Source of the DNA: Candidatus Caenarcanales bacterium
GTDB lineage: Bacteria; Cyanobacteriota; Vampirovibrionia; LMEP-6097
Length of the DNA: 64,000 nt
Direction of reading: 5' to 3'
Assembly (NCBI GenBank): GCA_013216135.1
Contig: JABSOS010000009.1
Coordinates: 28,258-92,257, forward strand
Below the pieces are notes generated by a model, which made no database searches, had not been told where the DNA came from, and saw only the letters and a program-made list of their open reading frames with translations. This document shows positions 1 to 8,151 of this stretch, one piece after another; positions within the stretch are counted from its first letter, which is position 1, and the number at the start of each line of letters is the position of its first letter. The translations under genes were made by a program, and so were the position numbers.

Positions 1-203
<203 letters not shown>

Positions 204-410
204 TTAATTTTGAATTTTTTTTCATTTACTATGTTCCAAACTTATGATATCTTCATATAAGGACTTAAGCAGTTCTTAACCTAAAACTTAATTCATTTCG
301 GAACAAATAAAGTTCCGTTTATTAAATATATTTAATCTTTTTTCTATAGACAGAAATTTGTTTCTGAATAATACTATATATATCGGGTAAGATTATTGAA
401 GGAGACCCCA

Positions 411-731
411 ATGGTAAATTCAGACAACAAAAACATAAAAGAAATAATTAACCAAATCGTTTCACTTAAAGAATTTTATGTTGCTTTAGGAATCGATTCT
501 GTTAACACTATTAATATATTTAATAACACCATTGCATATCTCAAAGATGAGATAAGTTACGAGAAGGCGAGCATGGCTCTAAGAACACTTGTCGAAGAAG
601 ATAAGTTAGTTACTGAAAGAGAAATAAATTTATTAAACTGCCTTGACGAATTAATAAACAACGTAGAAGAAAATAAAAACTCTAGATTAAATTCTGCTAA
701 TTTCCCTGAGGGATATCAGCAGTTAGCTTAG
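411..731 (+). CDS. hypothetical protein (about 106 aa, helical, no signal peptide)
   Basis: The ORF track gives 396..731. The ATG at 411 lies 7 nt after a GGAG Shine-Dalgarno (gaaGGAGaccccaATG), so 411 is the preferred start. No recognisable motif. Confidence 0.5.
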   Translation: MVNSDNKNIKEIINQIVSLKEFYVALGIDSVNTINIFNNTIAYLKDEISYEKASMALRTLVEEDKLVTEREINLLNCLDELINNVEENKNSRLNSANFPEGYQQLA

Positions 732-830
732 GTCCAGAATTAATTTCTGTCATTTGTATTCCTGAGTGATATAGATTAGATCTATCGTGGTACTATATTT
801 TTAGTTAAGGAACTCAGACACGGAGGATTT

Positions 831-1094
831 ATGAGAAAAATTAATTTATTAGATCTAGTAAGAAAGTCTTTAGCAGCATTTACTGCTTTAGCGGTGGGCT
901 TTGGTATTTCAGCTCAAGCTGTAAGCGTAGATAGCTTAAAGGCTGGTTTAGCAGTGAAAGAAATTCAATCTTGTTCTAACCATGGACACGACCATGATCA
1001 TGATGGCGATGAGCACCATAATCATGGTGGAGATCACCACTGTGGTGGCGATCATCACTGTGGACATGACGATGATCACGGTCACGGACACTAA
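831..1094 (+). CDS. small secreted His/Asp/Cys-rich putative metal-binding protein
   Basis: 87-aa ORF with GGAGGA 6 nt upstream of the ATG. The N-terminus is a signal peptide (…AFTALAVGFGISAQA/VS). The C-terminal 37 aa read HGHDHDHDGDEHHNHGGDHHCGGDHHCGHDDDHGHGH. A strong terminator follows. Confidence 0.75.
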   Translation: MRKINLLDLVRKSLAAFTALAVGFGISAQAVSVDSLKAGLAVKEIQSCSNHGHDHDHDGDEHHNHGGDHHCGGDHHCGHDDDHGHGH

Positions 1095-1120
1095 TTAAAA
1101 GTATTAATTTACTTGAGTAA

Positions 1121-1150
1121 AGGCAGCCTTCGGGCTGCCTTTCTTTTTTT
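1121..1150 (+). terminator. intrinsic terminator
   Basis: AGGCAGCC-TTCG-GGCTGCCT forms an 8-bp GC-rich stem with a UUCG tetraloop, followed by TTCTTTTTTT. Confidence 0.85.
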
Positions 1151-1214
1151 ATAATTTAAGTTTAAATAATTTTGAGCAGTTTTTCGTGTTAAGATAATAC
1201 GCGGTTGTTTTGGC

Positions 1215-4200
1215 ATGCTTGAGAAATTAATAATTTCAGAAACACCTGCATTAGAACTAGTTACTAGTGATATAGACAGTCCTGAATGTAAACAGCAAAA
1301 TGTTCTTAATAGTTCAAATATAAGTTACTCTAAAATAAACCCTGAATATGATATTGGAATCTATGAAAGATCTCTTACAAAAGAGGGAATTTACTATGCT
1401 CAAACTTTACCAGAAAGAATATCTGGCTTACTAACTCAAAGTTCTGGAAATAAAGCGTTATTATTTAACAACGATAAAAGTTTATCAATAGAACTTGAGA
1501 AGAAAATACCTAGAACTACCTCTAATAAGCCTGTTTGGACATTTGCTAGAAGAGATAGGGATTTATTTTTAAAAATTATTGATACTATTGGTTTTAGTCA
1601 GATGGCTAGGATGAATTCTAAAACTGAAATTGGTATTTATCCTAAGTCACTCCAGAAAGAAAAAATAGCTAATTATAGAAAAATTGTTGATATTGTTAAT
1701 AATCTCTTAGGAGATATTAAAGGTAATACCGCTGAACTTTATACTAAAGATGCAGAAGAAGGTAAAGAGAAACCTATTGAATTAACTAGGAAATTACCAC
1801 CCAAGAAGTCACAAACTCCACATTGGACTATAAAAAGAGAAGATCTAAGTAAGTTTGAACAATTTTTAAAAGAAACAGCTTTAAAAGAAATTAAATCTGG
1901 TAAAGAGACACATAAATTAGGTGCTTTTGGTTTACAAAAACTTGATAGTTCAAAAGAAATAGGTATCAGTACTAATTACCTTAAAAAAGCTAATTTTAAT
2001 TATAATCTCACTATTTCTGTTCCTGGCATAATTAAAGACTTGCTCTCTAAAGAGAATGGTAATTCGGTGACTATTAAAGACGTGACTTTTCATAAAAGAA
2101 TTCCAGAGCGAGGTTCTGATCAAGCTCTTTGGGCAATTGACAAAACTAATTTAGATAATTTTTTTAGCTTACTTCGTGATTTAGGTTTAGTAGCATACCC
2201 TAAAATCGATACTGATAAAGAAGTTGGTATTCATTCGTACTATCTTAAGAAAGAAGGGATTGATGGTAGTGACACTGTTAAGCTTTTACTTGACCAAGTT
2301 ATTGAAAAAGAAGAAGGGAATGGAAAAAAAGCTTATTTGGATTTAAATCCTTCTGGTCAAGAGGATCTTATTCCTTTAACTATGAGGCTCCCAAATCAAA
2401 CTACAGCATTAGGCATATTTACTTTTGAAAGAAAATACTTGCCACAAGTTAAAAGTTTTATTGATGAGAACATAGATCATTTCAGGATTACTCATAAAAA
2501 ACCTCCTAAGATTAGAGCTAAAAAGCTTGATTCAGAGAACTCGAGCTTAGAAAATGAAAATATTCTGCTTCTTACTAAAAAAAACTTAAGGGTGTTTTTT
2601 AGGGACAATAAAATTAGACACTTTGATTTTAATTATGATTTTCTGATGAATTCAATTCAAGAGATTGATCAAAATAAAGCCGTAATAAATTACTATAACC
2701 ACAAAACTAAAGAGCATGAGTCAATTAACCTTCAAGCTGAATTAGCTCATAGGCTGAAGGTTTGGGCGGTAGATAAGTGTGATTTAGATAAATTAAAAGA
2801 TTTCCTAGATACTTTTAGTCATAAATTTGTTAAAAGTGAAGACTTGATTTTAAGTAGAGAATCAATTTATGAAGCTCAAATACCCTATGTTGATGCGAGC
2901 TTGAAAATGATTCAAGATTCTTTAATTTATCAAGATGATAAAAATCTTTATCTAGAATACATTGATCCAAAATCTCAGAAAAATTCTAAAATTACTTTTC
3001 AGAAAAAAATTAACCCTAATAACTCTGCTGAGGTTTTAACTATTAATCGTAGTGATTTGGATAAACTTAAAACTTTCTTACAGACTGGGAATAAAGATGC
3101 TTACCCTAAAATGGATGATGATATTGGACTTAATAGGTCATATCTTGAGAGTGAGGGTATCCCAGGGTTTTATAATTTAGTGGAAAAATTGGAAAAGTAT
3201 ATTCGAAAAGAAAATAATTTATCTGCTTATTTAGATTTTAATAATCCAGACTTAAACCCACCTATTGAATTAACTAGAAAAATACCTTCTACTGCTTCAA
3301 CCCAAGATTTATGGACTTTTAAAAGAAGTGACTTAGATAAATTCTTGGATTTTCTATTAGAGAAACAGCTTATAGAGGAGAAATTCACTTACAAAGATTT
3401 TGAGAAAATTGATGAAGAGAAGGAAATAGGTTTATATCGTAAATTTCTTCAAAGGGAGGATATACCTAATAATCACATAATCCCTGATTTGGTTGTGAGT
3501 TCACTTAATATTGTTAATTCAAAAGAAGCTTATTTGAAGAGTAAGTCAGATGAGACTAAGCCAAATTTCCCACCAATTAAATTAACCAAAAAGATGCCTA
3601 ATAGTGGTGGTTCTAAGAATCCAGTTTGGACTTTAGCAAGAGCGGATTTTGATAATTTCAAAAAATTCCTCAAAGAAAATAATTTAAACCTGTACCCGAA
3701 AGTTGACTTGTCATCTGAGTTTCCAATTTCCACCAAATATTTGAAAGATGAAAGTTTCAATAATTTCAGCACCCTTCAAAAAATTATTGGAAATATTGTA
3801 GAGCAAGATAGTGATGAATTCGCTCATTTACGCTTTGAAGATATTGAAGGTGAAATTAAAGATATTAAATTATTTCGAAGGCAATTACCGAAGAGCTCTA
3901 AGGCACCAATATGGGCAATAAAAAGAGAAGATTTAAATGATTTTAAATTATACTGTCAAACTTTTCTACAGCAAGCGACGTTAATACCAGATTTTTATAA
4001 CTTAATAATGTCTGATGGAGTTGCTGCAGATGAAGTTGCTAATTTACCAAAAGCGGATTCTAAAGATGAAAGAATAGCAGCATTATTGTTACAAAGATAT
4101 GGTTTTATTGACCAAATTCAAGAGTCTAAGAATTTTCAAATCCCTTTATACTCTAGATACAAAGGTGATTTTTTAATTGAACTTAATGATAAGAAAATAC

Positions 4201-4901
4201 TTCTTGAGTACCACCCTAAAATTTGGAATGAAAAAGCACTGTCAAAACTTAATTTACTTAGTAAAAGTAACCCTAACTATAATAAAATTCTCAAGAAGCT
4301 TTACAGAAGGTTTATCTCTAAATTACCTTTCTCAAGTGAAAACTTAGAAAAAATGAGACTAAGCCTTATAGATAAGGTTTTCTCTAAAGTAGATAAATTT
4401 TACAAGAATAACGATGCTTTATTGCTAGCTTTAAAGGATTTATATATTAATTTTGATGATAACTATGAGATCTTTATCCATGATGATAAGATTCAAAATA
4501 AAGTTCAGGAAGTATTTGGAAGAGATTTACAATTTCCTGCAGAAGGATCTCCTGCGGAGATTAAAAACTATTTTAAAAACTTAGACTTCTATGATACTCA
4601 ACGTCTTTTATTAATTGATAGGTTGAATAATCAAGCAAAAACTAAACTTACTGAGAAAGAGGCAATACCAGAGAAATACATTCGTATAAATAGTCTTCAT
4701 GAATTATCACACACGATTCTTCCTGCTCATAAATTGCCTAACGATATTTCAAGTAATTTAATGCTTCAGATGCTTTCAGATTCAGATTTGAGTAATCATG
4801 CACAATATTCTTTGATTAAAAATGCTAACGACAGCTTTACAAGTAGATATAAGGATATAGTTGAACGAACATACAAGTTTGACGCTCAACTTGTTGCTTA
4901 G
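1215..4901 (+). CDS. large repeat protein: nine tandem HTH-like repeats of about 95 aa plus a non-repetitive C-terminal domain
   Basis: 1228-aa ORF with an ATG start and no signal peptide or TM segment. Nine repeats each end in the anchor W[TA][IF]xRxDLdxFxxFL. The C-terminal ~300 aa contain GDFLIELNDKKILLEYH and HELSH motifs. Confidence 0.85.
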   Translation: MLEKLIISETPALELVTSDIDSPECKQQNVLNSSNISYSKINPEYDIGIYERSLTKEGIYYAQTLPERISGLLTQSSGNKALLFNNDKSLSIELEKKIPRTTSNKPVWTFARRDRDLFLKIIDTIGFSQMARMNSKTEIGIYPKSLQKEKIANYRKIVDIVNNLLGDIKGNTAELYTKDAEEGKEKPIELTRKLPPKKSQTPHWTIKREDLSKFEQFLKETALKEIKSGKETHKLGAFGLQKLDSSKEIGISTNYLKKANFNYNLTISVPGIIKDLLSKENGNSVTIKDVTFHKRIPERGSDQALWAIDKTNLDNFFSLLRDLGLVAYPKIDTDKEVGIHSYYLKKEGIDGSDTVKLLLDQVIEKEEGNGKKAYLDLNPSGQEDLIPLTMRLPNQTTALGIFTFERKYLPQVKSFIDENIDHFRITHKKPPKIRAKKLDSENSSLENENILLLTKKNLRVFFRDNKIRHFDFNYDFLMNSIQEIDQNKAVINYYNHKTKEHESINLQAELAHRLKVWAVDKCDLDKLKDFLDTFSHKFVKSEDLILSRESIYEAQIPYVDASLKMIQDSLIYQDDKNLYLEYIDPKSQKNSKITFQKKINPNNSAEVLTINRSDLDKLKTFLQTGNKDAYPKMDDDIGLNRSYLESEGIPGFYNLVEKLEKYIRKENNLSAYLDFNNPDLNPPIELTRKIPSTASTQDLWTFKRSDLDKFLDFLLEKQLIEEKFTYKDFEKIDEEKEIGLYRKFLQREDIPNNHIIPDLVVSSLNIVNSKEAYLKSKSDETKPNFPPIKLTKKMPNSGGSKNPVWTLARADFDNFKKFLKENNLNLYPKVDLSSEFPISTKYLKDESFNNFSTLQKIIGNIVEQDSDEFAHLRFEDIEGEIKDIKLFRRQLPKSSKAPIWAIKREDLNDFKLYCQTFLQQATLIPDFYNLIMSDGVAADEVANLPKADSKDERIAALLLQRYGFIDQIQESKNFQIPLYSRYKGDFLIELNDKKILLEYHPKIWNEKALSKLNLLSKSNPNYNKILKKLYRRFISKLPFSSENLEKMRLSLIDKVFSKVDKFYKNNDALLLALKDLYINFDDNYEIFIHDDKIQNKVQEVFGRDLQFPAEGSPAEIKNYFKNLDFYDTQRLLLIDRLNNQAKTKLTEKEAIPEKYIRINSLHELSHTILPAHKLPNDISSNLMLQMLSDSDLSNHAQYSLIKNANDSFTSRYKDIVERTYKFDAQLVA
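1344..4004 (+). repeat. protein-level tandem repeat array (9 units of about 90-100 aa, strongly diverged at the DNA level)
   Basis: The anchors are VWTFARRDRDLF, HWTIKREDLSKF, LWAIDKTNLDNF, GIFTFERKYLPQV, VWAVDKCDLDKL, VLTINRSDLDKL, LWTFKRSDLDKF, VWTLARADFDNF and IWAIKREDLNDF. Each is preceded by an EIG[IL]xxxYLKKEGI-type segment and a PIELTRK[IL]P segment. Confidence 0.8.
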
Positions 4902-4951
4902 CTTGAGATTATTAACTTAGAAAGAACTATGCTAGGATTGCTCAAGTAAAA

Positions 4952-5320
4952 GTGCTAAAAAAGATAAAAAAACTTGAACTTGCAGACATCCAACTAATTC
5001 TTAGTTTAGTTGTAGCCCTTATTTTGTCTATTTTTCATTTTCCAAGTTTATATCTATTTTTAGCTCTAGCTGTGATTTTCCAAGTTTATATTCGTTCTCT
5101 CAGTTTTTCCTTTTTAGTCTATAAAGTACTTAACCAAGCAAAAATGGCTAAATCTCTTATTTCACTTAAAGTCTTTGTTTCTGCTATACGTGGGATTATT
5201 ACAGCGTTTTTTATATTCCTTGCTCTCAAGTACTTTGGTTTAAATTATTTAGTTATTTTAAGCGCGGTTTTCGTAGTTTTAAGCAGTATGATTATTTACG
5301 GTCTATTAAAAAACAGTTAG
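4952..5320 (+). CDS. small integral membrane protein (about 4 TM helices)
   Basis: 122-aa ORF with a GTG start and hydrophobic segments throughout. Its 3' end overlaps the convergent methyltransferase gene by 15 nt. Confidence 0.5.
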   Translation: MLKKIKKLELADIQLILSLVVALILSIFHFPSLYLFLALAVIFQVYIRSLSFSFLVYKVLNQAKMAKSLISLKVFVSAIRGIITAFFIFLALKYFGLNYLVILSAVFVVLSSMIIYGLLKNS

Positions 5321-6652
5321 TTCTGGACCTTTTTGCTCATGGTTTAATTTCCATAGAATCGCATCGACATCATAATCATTTATAAAATCAAGTTTTTTAG
5401 CTTTCTCATAGTGCTCTTTTGCTTTTTTAAAGTCGCCATTTACTCGGTAATAGTAACCACGCCTTAAAGATACTTCAGCACTCGGTCCTGCTAGTTTTTC
5501 AAATTCATCAAGTAATGGCAGGAATATATCACTAGCTTCTTTATGGTGGAATGAGCCTAAGGCTAACCTAATATCAGCAAGTCTATTCACCATATTATTT
5601 TCTACAAAAACTTTACTGAAGGCATCTGTCAGCTCAGGGGTTATTGTTTTTGATTTACTAATAATTATCCTAGATAAAATATCATCAACTAAACCTACAC
5701 TATCATAGCCAAGTATATCTTTAGCAAAAGCAGCAAGTACATCTACATCTATTTCATGGCTAATAGAGCCACCAAAGCTTTTAAAGATTTCATACTTTCT
5801 AGGTGGAATATCTGCTATATAAAGAAAGCCACCATCTGAAATTACTTGCATCAGTGAATCTATCGAGAGAAAAGAGAAGTATGTGAAGAATAGTTGCCTA
5901 CCTACTATAGTCTTGTTCTTCTCATGGAAGTTTAAGAAGAAGTCATAGTATTTTTTCTCAAAGTCACTTTCTGTATCTATTTTATAAGGACGCCAGTCTA
6001 AATCATGCTTAAGAGCTTTACAGTATGTTTTAAAATCCATATCATTAGGATCTTCTTTACTTTCTATATAGGTTTTAAGGTACAGTTGATCAAACTTCTC
6101 TTTAAACATAGAGTTTTTCTTAGTTAAAATTGTAAGTGGAAGCAAGTCTAGAAGGTAGTTCATGCTTACTGCATGAATGTTTTCAAACTTATAAGGCTCA
6201 CCTTCTAAAGTTTTTGCAGACGCAAGATTGCTAACATCAAGCTCAACTAATTCATAATTTTTAAACTCTTCAAACCCTTTCAGAATCTTTTTTCTCTTCA
6301 TACCAAGTAAATTTTCTTTAGCAAAGTCCGTTACTATTAGATAAATTTTTTCGAGGAAATTCATTTCCTTTGCGCAGTGTAAAAGGTTATAAGCAAAATA
6401 ACCGTTTCCTGCACCACAATCTAGAAGTTTCAAAGGGAAACTTTCCTCTGGGAGATCCTTAGAGTTAGCTATTAGCATTTCTAAGTATGCTTTTGCACTT
6501 TGGTAGTTAGAAGTGCTTTCGTAAGGAACTATATCCTCAGCTTCCATCTTACTGAAAACATCTATGCCATTTTCTTTGTAGTACTTCTCAGTTATATCCC
6601 AGATTACGGATTCATTATATGGTACAAAGTCTTGGATAATATGAACTGTCAT
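5306..6652 (-). CDS. class I SAM-dependent methyltransferase with a C-terminal TPR-like region
   Basis: The SAM-binding motif I is LKLLDCGAGNGYFAYNL, followed by an acidic post-I residue (IVTDF). The C-terminus RRGYYYRVNGDFKKAKEHYEKAKKLD is TPR-like. Confidence 0.65.
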   Translation of the reverse strand: MTVHIIQDFVPYNESVIWDITEKYYKENGIDVFSKMEAEDIVPYESTSNYQSAKAYLEMLIANSKDLPEESFPLKLLDCGAGNGYFAYNLLHCAKEMNFLEKIYLIVTDFAKENLLGMKRKKILKGFEEFKNYELVELDVSNLASAKTLEGEPYKFENIHAVSMNYLLDLLPLTILTKKNSMFKEKFDQLYLKTYIESKEDPNDMDFKTYCKALKHDLDWRPYKIDTESDFEKKYYDFFLNFHEKNKTIVGRQLFFTYFSFLSIDSLMQVISDGGFLYIADIPPRKYEIFKSFGGSISHEIDVDVLAAFAKDILGYDSVGLVDDILSRIIISKSKTITPELTDAFSKVFVENNMVNRLADIRLALGSFHHKEASDIFLPLLDEFEKLAGPSAEVSLRRGYYYRVNGDFKKAKEHYEKAKKLDFINDYDVDAILWKLNHEQKGPELTVF

Positions 6653-6688
6653 AACTGTTATTAGTGCTCTCAGTAAAATATAACTTAT

Positions 6689-7522
6689 CTATAGGTATTT
6701 GTAAATCGCAGCAGGTCTAGAATTCGCTTCTAGAATAATAGTTTTAGATTCTGAGCACAAAAGATCTAAAGAAAATATCTTTGGTAATTCATCGTGATTT
6801 TCTTTTAGTTCACTAATGAACTCTTGAATTAATTTCTTTTCTTGACCGTTGATACTCTTGTTAACGATTTGTTCCTGATAAATCAGTATTTTTCTAGTTT
6901 CTGCGTTATCTAGAAATTCCTGTAGAACAATAGAATCATAGTCTAAAACTTGTTTTAGGTAGCCAGTCAGCTCCGTTTCTATATGTTGAAGATTATTAAG
7001 CCAATTTTCACTAAGATAAAATTGATCTCGCGATTCTGTGCCATGAGTAGCTTTTAGAATAAAATTCTTTGAGGCTGAAGTGGAAGTAAATTTTTGAATT
7101 ATTTTTAATGCTTCTGCAGTACTTATAATTTCCTTAGTCTTAAGCTGCTCTAAACCATTAGCTATCATGAATTGATAAAACTTATACTTATTATCAAAGA
7201 TTTCAGTTACACGATTATAGGGGTTAATTAATTCAAGCCCCAACAGTTCAGCATGCCTAGAAATCAATTCATGATTCTTAATTTCATCGCGAAGATCTAA
7301 GTGTAAAACTAAAATTTTTGTTGCAAGGCTGATTGATGCCCTCTCAGTAAGCCCCAAAAACTCATCCAAATGTAATGTAGAAACTCTATCAGTAGAAGCA
7401 ATTTCTCCAAGTGCCTCAATACTCCTACCCAAAAGACAAGCATCAAGATCATGAATAATAATTATTTGCTTTAGCTCTAATGGATGCACTTCATACATAG
7501 TAAAAGAGAAGGTATTTCCCAA
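6689..7522 (-). CDS. ATP-grasp fold protein
   Basis: ATP-grasp landmarks are present: NKYKFYQFMIANGL, FILKATHGTES, VLQEFL and SLDLL…TIILEANSRPA. The start is uncertain: either TTG at 7522 (AGGGA SD-like 6 nt upstream) or ATG at 7498. Confidence 0.6.
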   Translation of the reverse strand: MGNTFSFTMYEVHPLELKQIIIIHDLDACLLGRSIEALGEIASTDRVSTLHLDEFLGLTERASISLATKILVLHLDLRDEIKNHELISRHAELLGLELINPYNRVTEIFDNKYKFYQFMIANGLEQLKTKEIISTAEALKIIQKFTSTSASKNFILKATHGTESRDQFYLSENWLNNLQHIETELTGYLKQVLDYDSIVLQEFLDNAETRKILIYQEQIVNKSINGQEKKLIQEFISELKENHDELPKIFSLDLLCSESKTIILEANSRPAAIYKYL

Positions 7523-7547
7523 AAACTTTCCCTACTAAGATTGTAGC

Positions 7548-7629
7548 GGGTTTCAGTATGCACATACTTGTTGCGAGCTTAGGGACCCGCTTGCGGGGCG
7601 CAGCAACAAGTATGTGCATACTGAAACCC
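7548..7629. other. long-stem hairpin element, copy 1 (27-bp perfect stem plus conserved GC-rich core)
   Basis: GGGTTTCAGTATGCACATACTTGTTGC (7548-7574) pairs perfectly with GCAACAAGTATGTGCATACTGAAACCC (7603-7629). The core is GAGCTTAGGGACCCGCTTGCGGGGCGCA, and it recurs at 62090-62120. Confidence 0.8.
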
Positions 7630-8121
7630 CTAAATATAAGCTTTGATTTTAACATTCCTATAAGTCTTCCCAGGCTCATAGAAAAGAACTTTTACAGATC
7701 TATAACCTAAAGTTCTCTTATGTTTAATTTCATATTCGTAGCTAATAAGGCCTTTATTAAAGAAGAAAGCTTTAACTCGAGGTTGGTTCATTTGTTTATG
7801 GAAAACACCTCTATCCACCATTCTAAACATCTTTGCTGACCAGTTTCTAACTTCTGTTCTGGTTAAAACTTTTGGTTTTTCTGGATCTACAGGGAGTAAG
7901 TGCTCACTGCGAACTCTACCATTTACGAAATAAGCTTTTACCTTCCAATTCTTATCTACTGAGAATGTAATATAGCCAGTGAAAGGGTTTTCTGAAAATA
8001 CTTCTCTTGTCATTTCAGCACCGTATTGCTTTAGATTTTCAGCATAAGTAGCGTTTAGTCTTGCTTTCGCTGAATTAAACGTTAGTGTAAGAAAAATTAA
8101 TAATAGCCAGGCTTTCTGCAT
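7630..8121 (-). CDS. secreted hypothetical protein
   Basis: 163-aa ORF with the signal peptide MQKAWLLLIFLTLTFNSAKA. No recognisable domain. Confidence 0.6.
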   Translation of the reverse strand: MQKAWLLLIFLTLTFNSAKARLNATYAENLKQYGAEMTREVFSENPFTGYITFSVDKNWKVKAYFVNGRVRSEHLLPVDPEKPKVLTRTEVRNWSAKMFRMVDRGVFHKQMNQPRVKAFFFNKGLISYEYEIKHKRTLGYRSVKVLFYEPGKTYRNVKIKAYI

Positions 8122-8151
8122 CTACTTTTAGTTATTATTGTATCAGTAGTA

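Noticed and set aside
299-323. Terminator-like hairpin (CGGAAC-aaataaa-GTTCCG plus TTTATT) on the plus strand in the trpS / hypothetical-gene spacer, which could mark a small RNA.
   Set aside because: No upstream plus-strand gene or convincing promoter could be defined. The stem is only 6 bp in very AT-rich sequence, so the evidence is too weak to call an sRNA.
3530-3772. Short antisense or off-frame ORFs in the track. Examples are 3530..3772, 8526..8756, 9655..10098, 10270..10581, 13506..13709, 14311..14502, 15227..15415, 16216..16482, 22223..22657, 24463..24849, 25712..25960, 26809..27211, 29322..29528, 31748..31942, 32681..32869, 34313..34513, 36418..36660, 37354..37632, 39016..39219, 41525..41710, 45844..46032, 46279..46491, 48035..48262, 50018..50287, 53295..54349, 55229..55414, 56354..56623, 58218..58508, 61357..61623 and 63441..63683.
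   Set aside because: All of them lie inside, and usually antisense to, much longer ORFs that have recognisable products. Their translations are low-complexity (Ser/Leu/Phe/Lys-rich), as expected from the complement of Lys/Glu/Asn-rich genes. None has a convincing RBS.
7548-7629. Reading GTTTCAGTATGCACATACTTGTTGC…CTGAAAC as a CRISPR repeat or mini-array.
   Set aside because: There is only one inverted pair with no direct repetition or spacers, no cas genes are present, and the second copy has entirely different arms.
7491-7679. 62-aa ORF spanning hairpin copy 1.
   Set aside because: It is simply the read-through of the palindrome. It overlaps the ends of two better-supported genes, and its sequence mirrors the inverted repeat.
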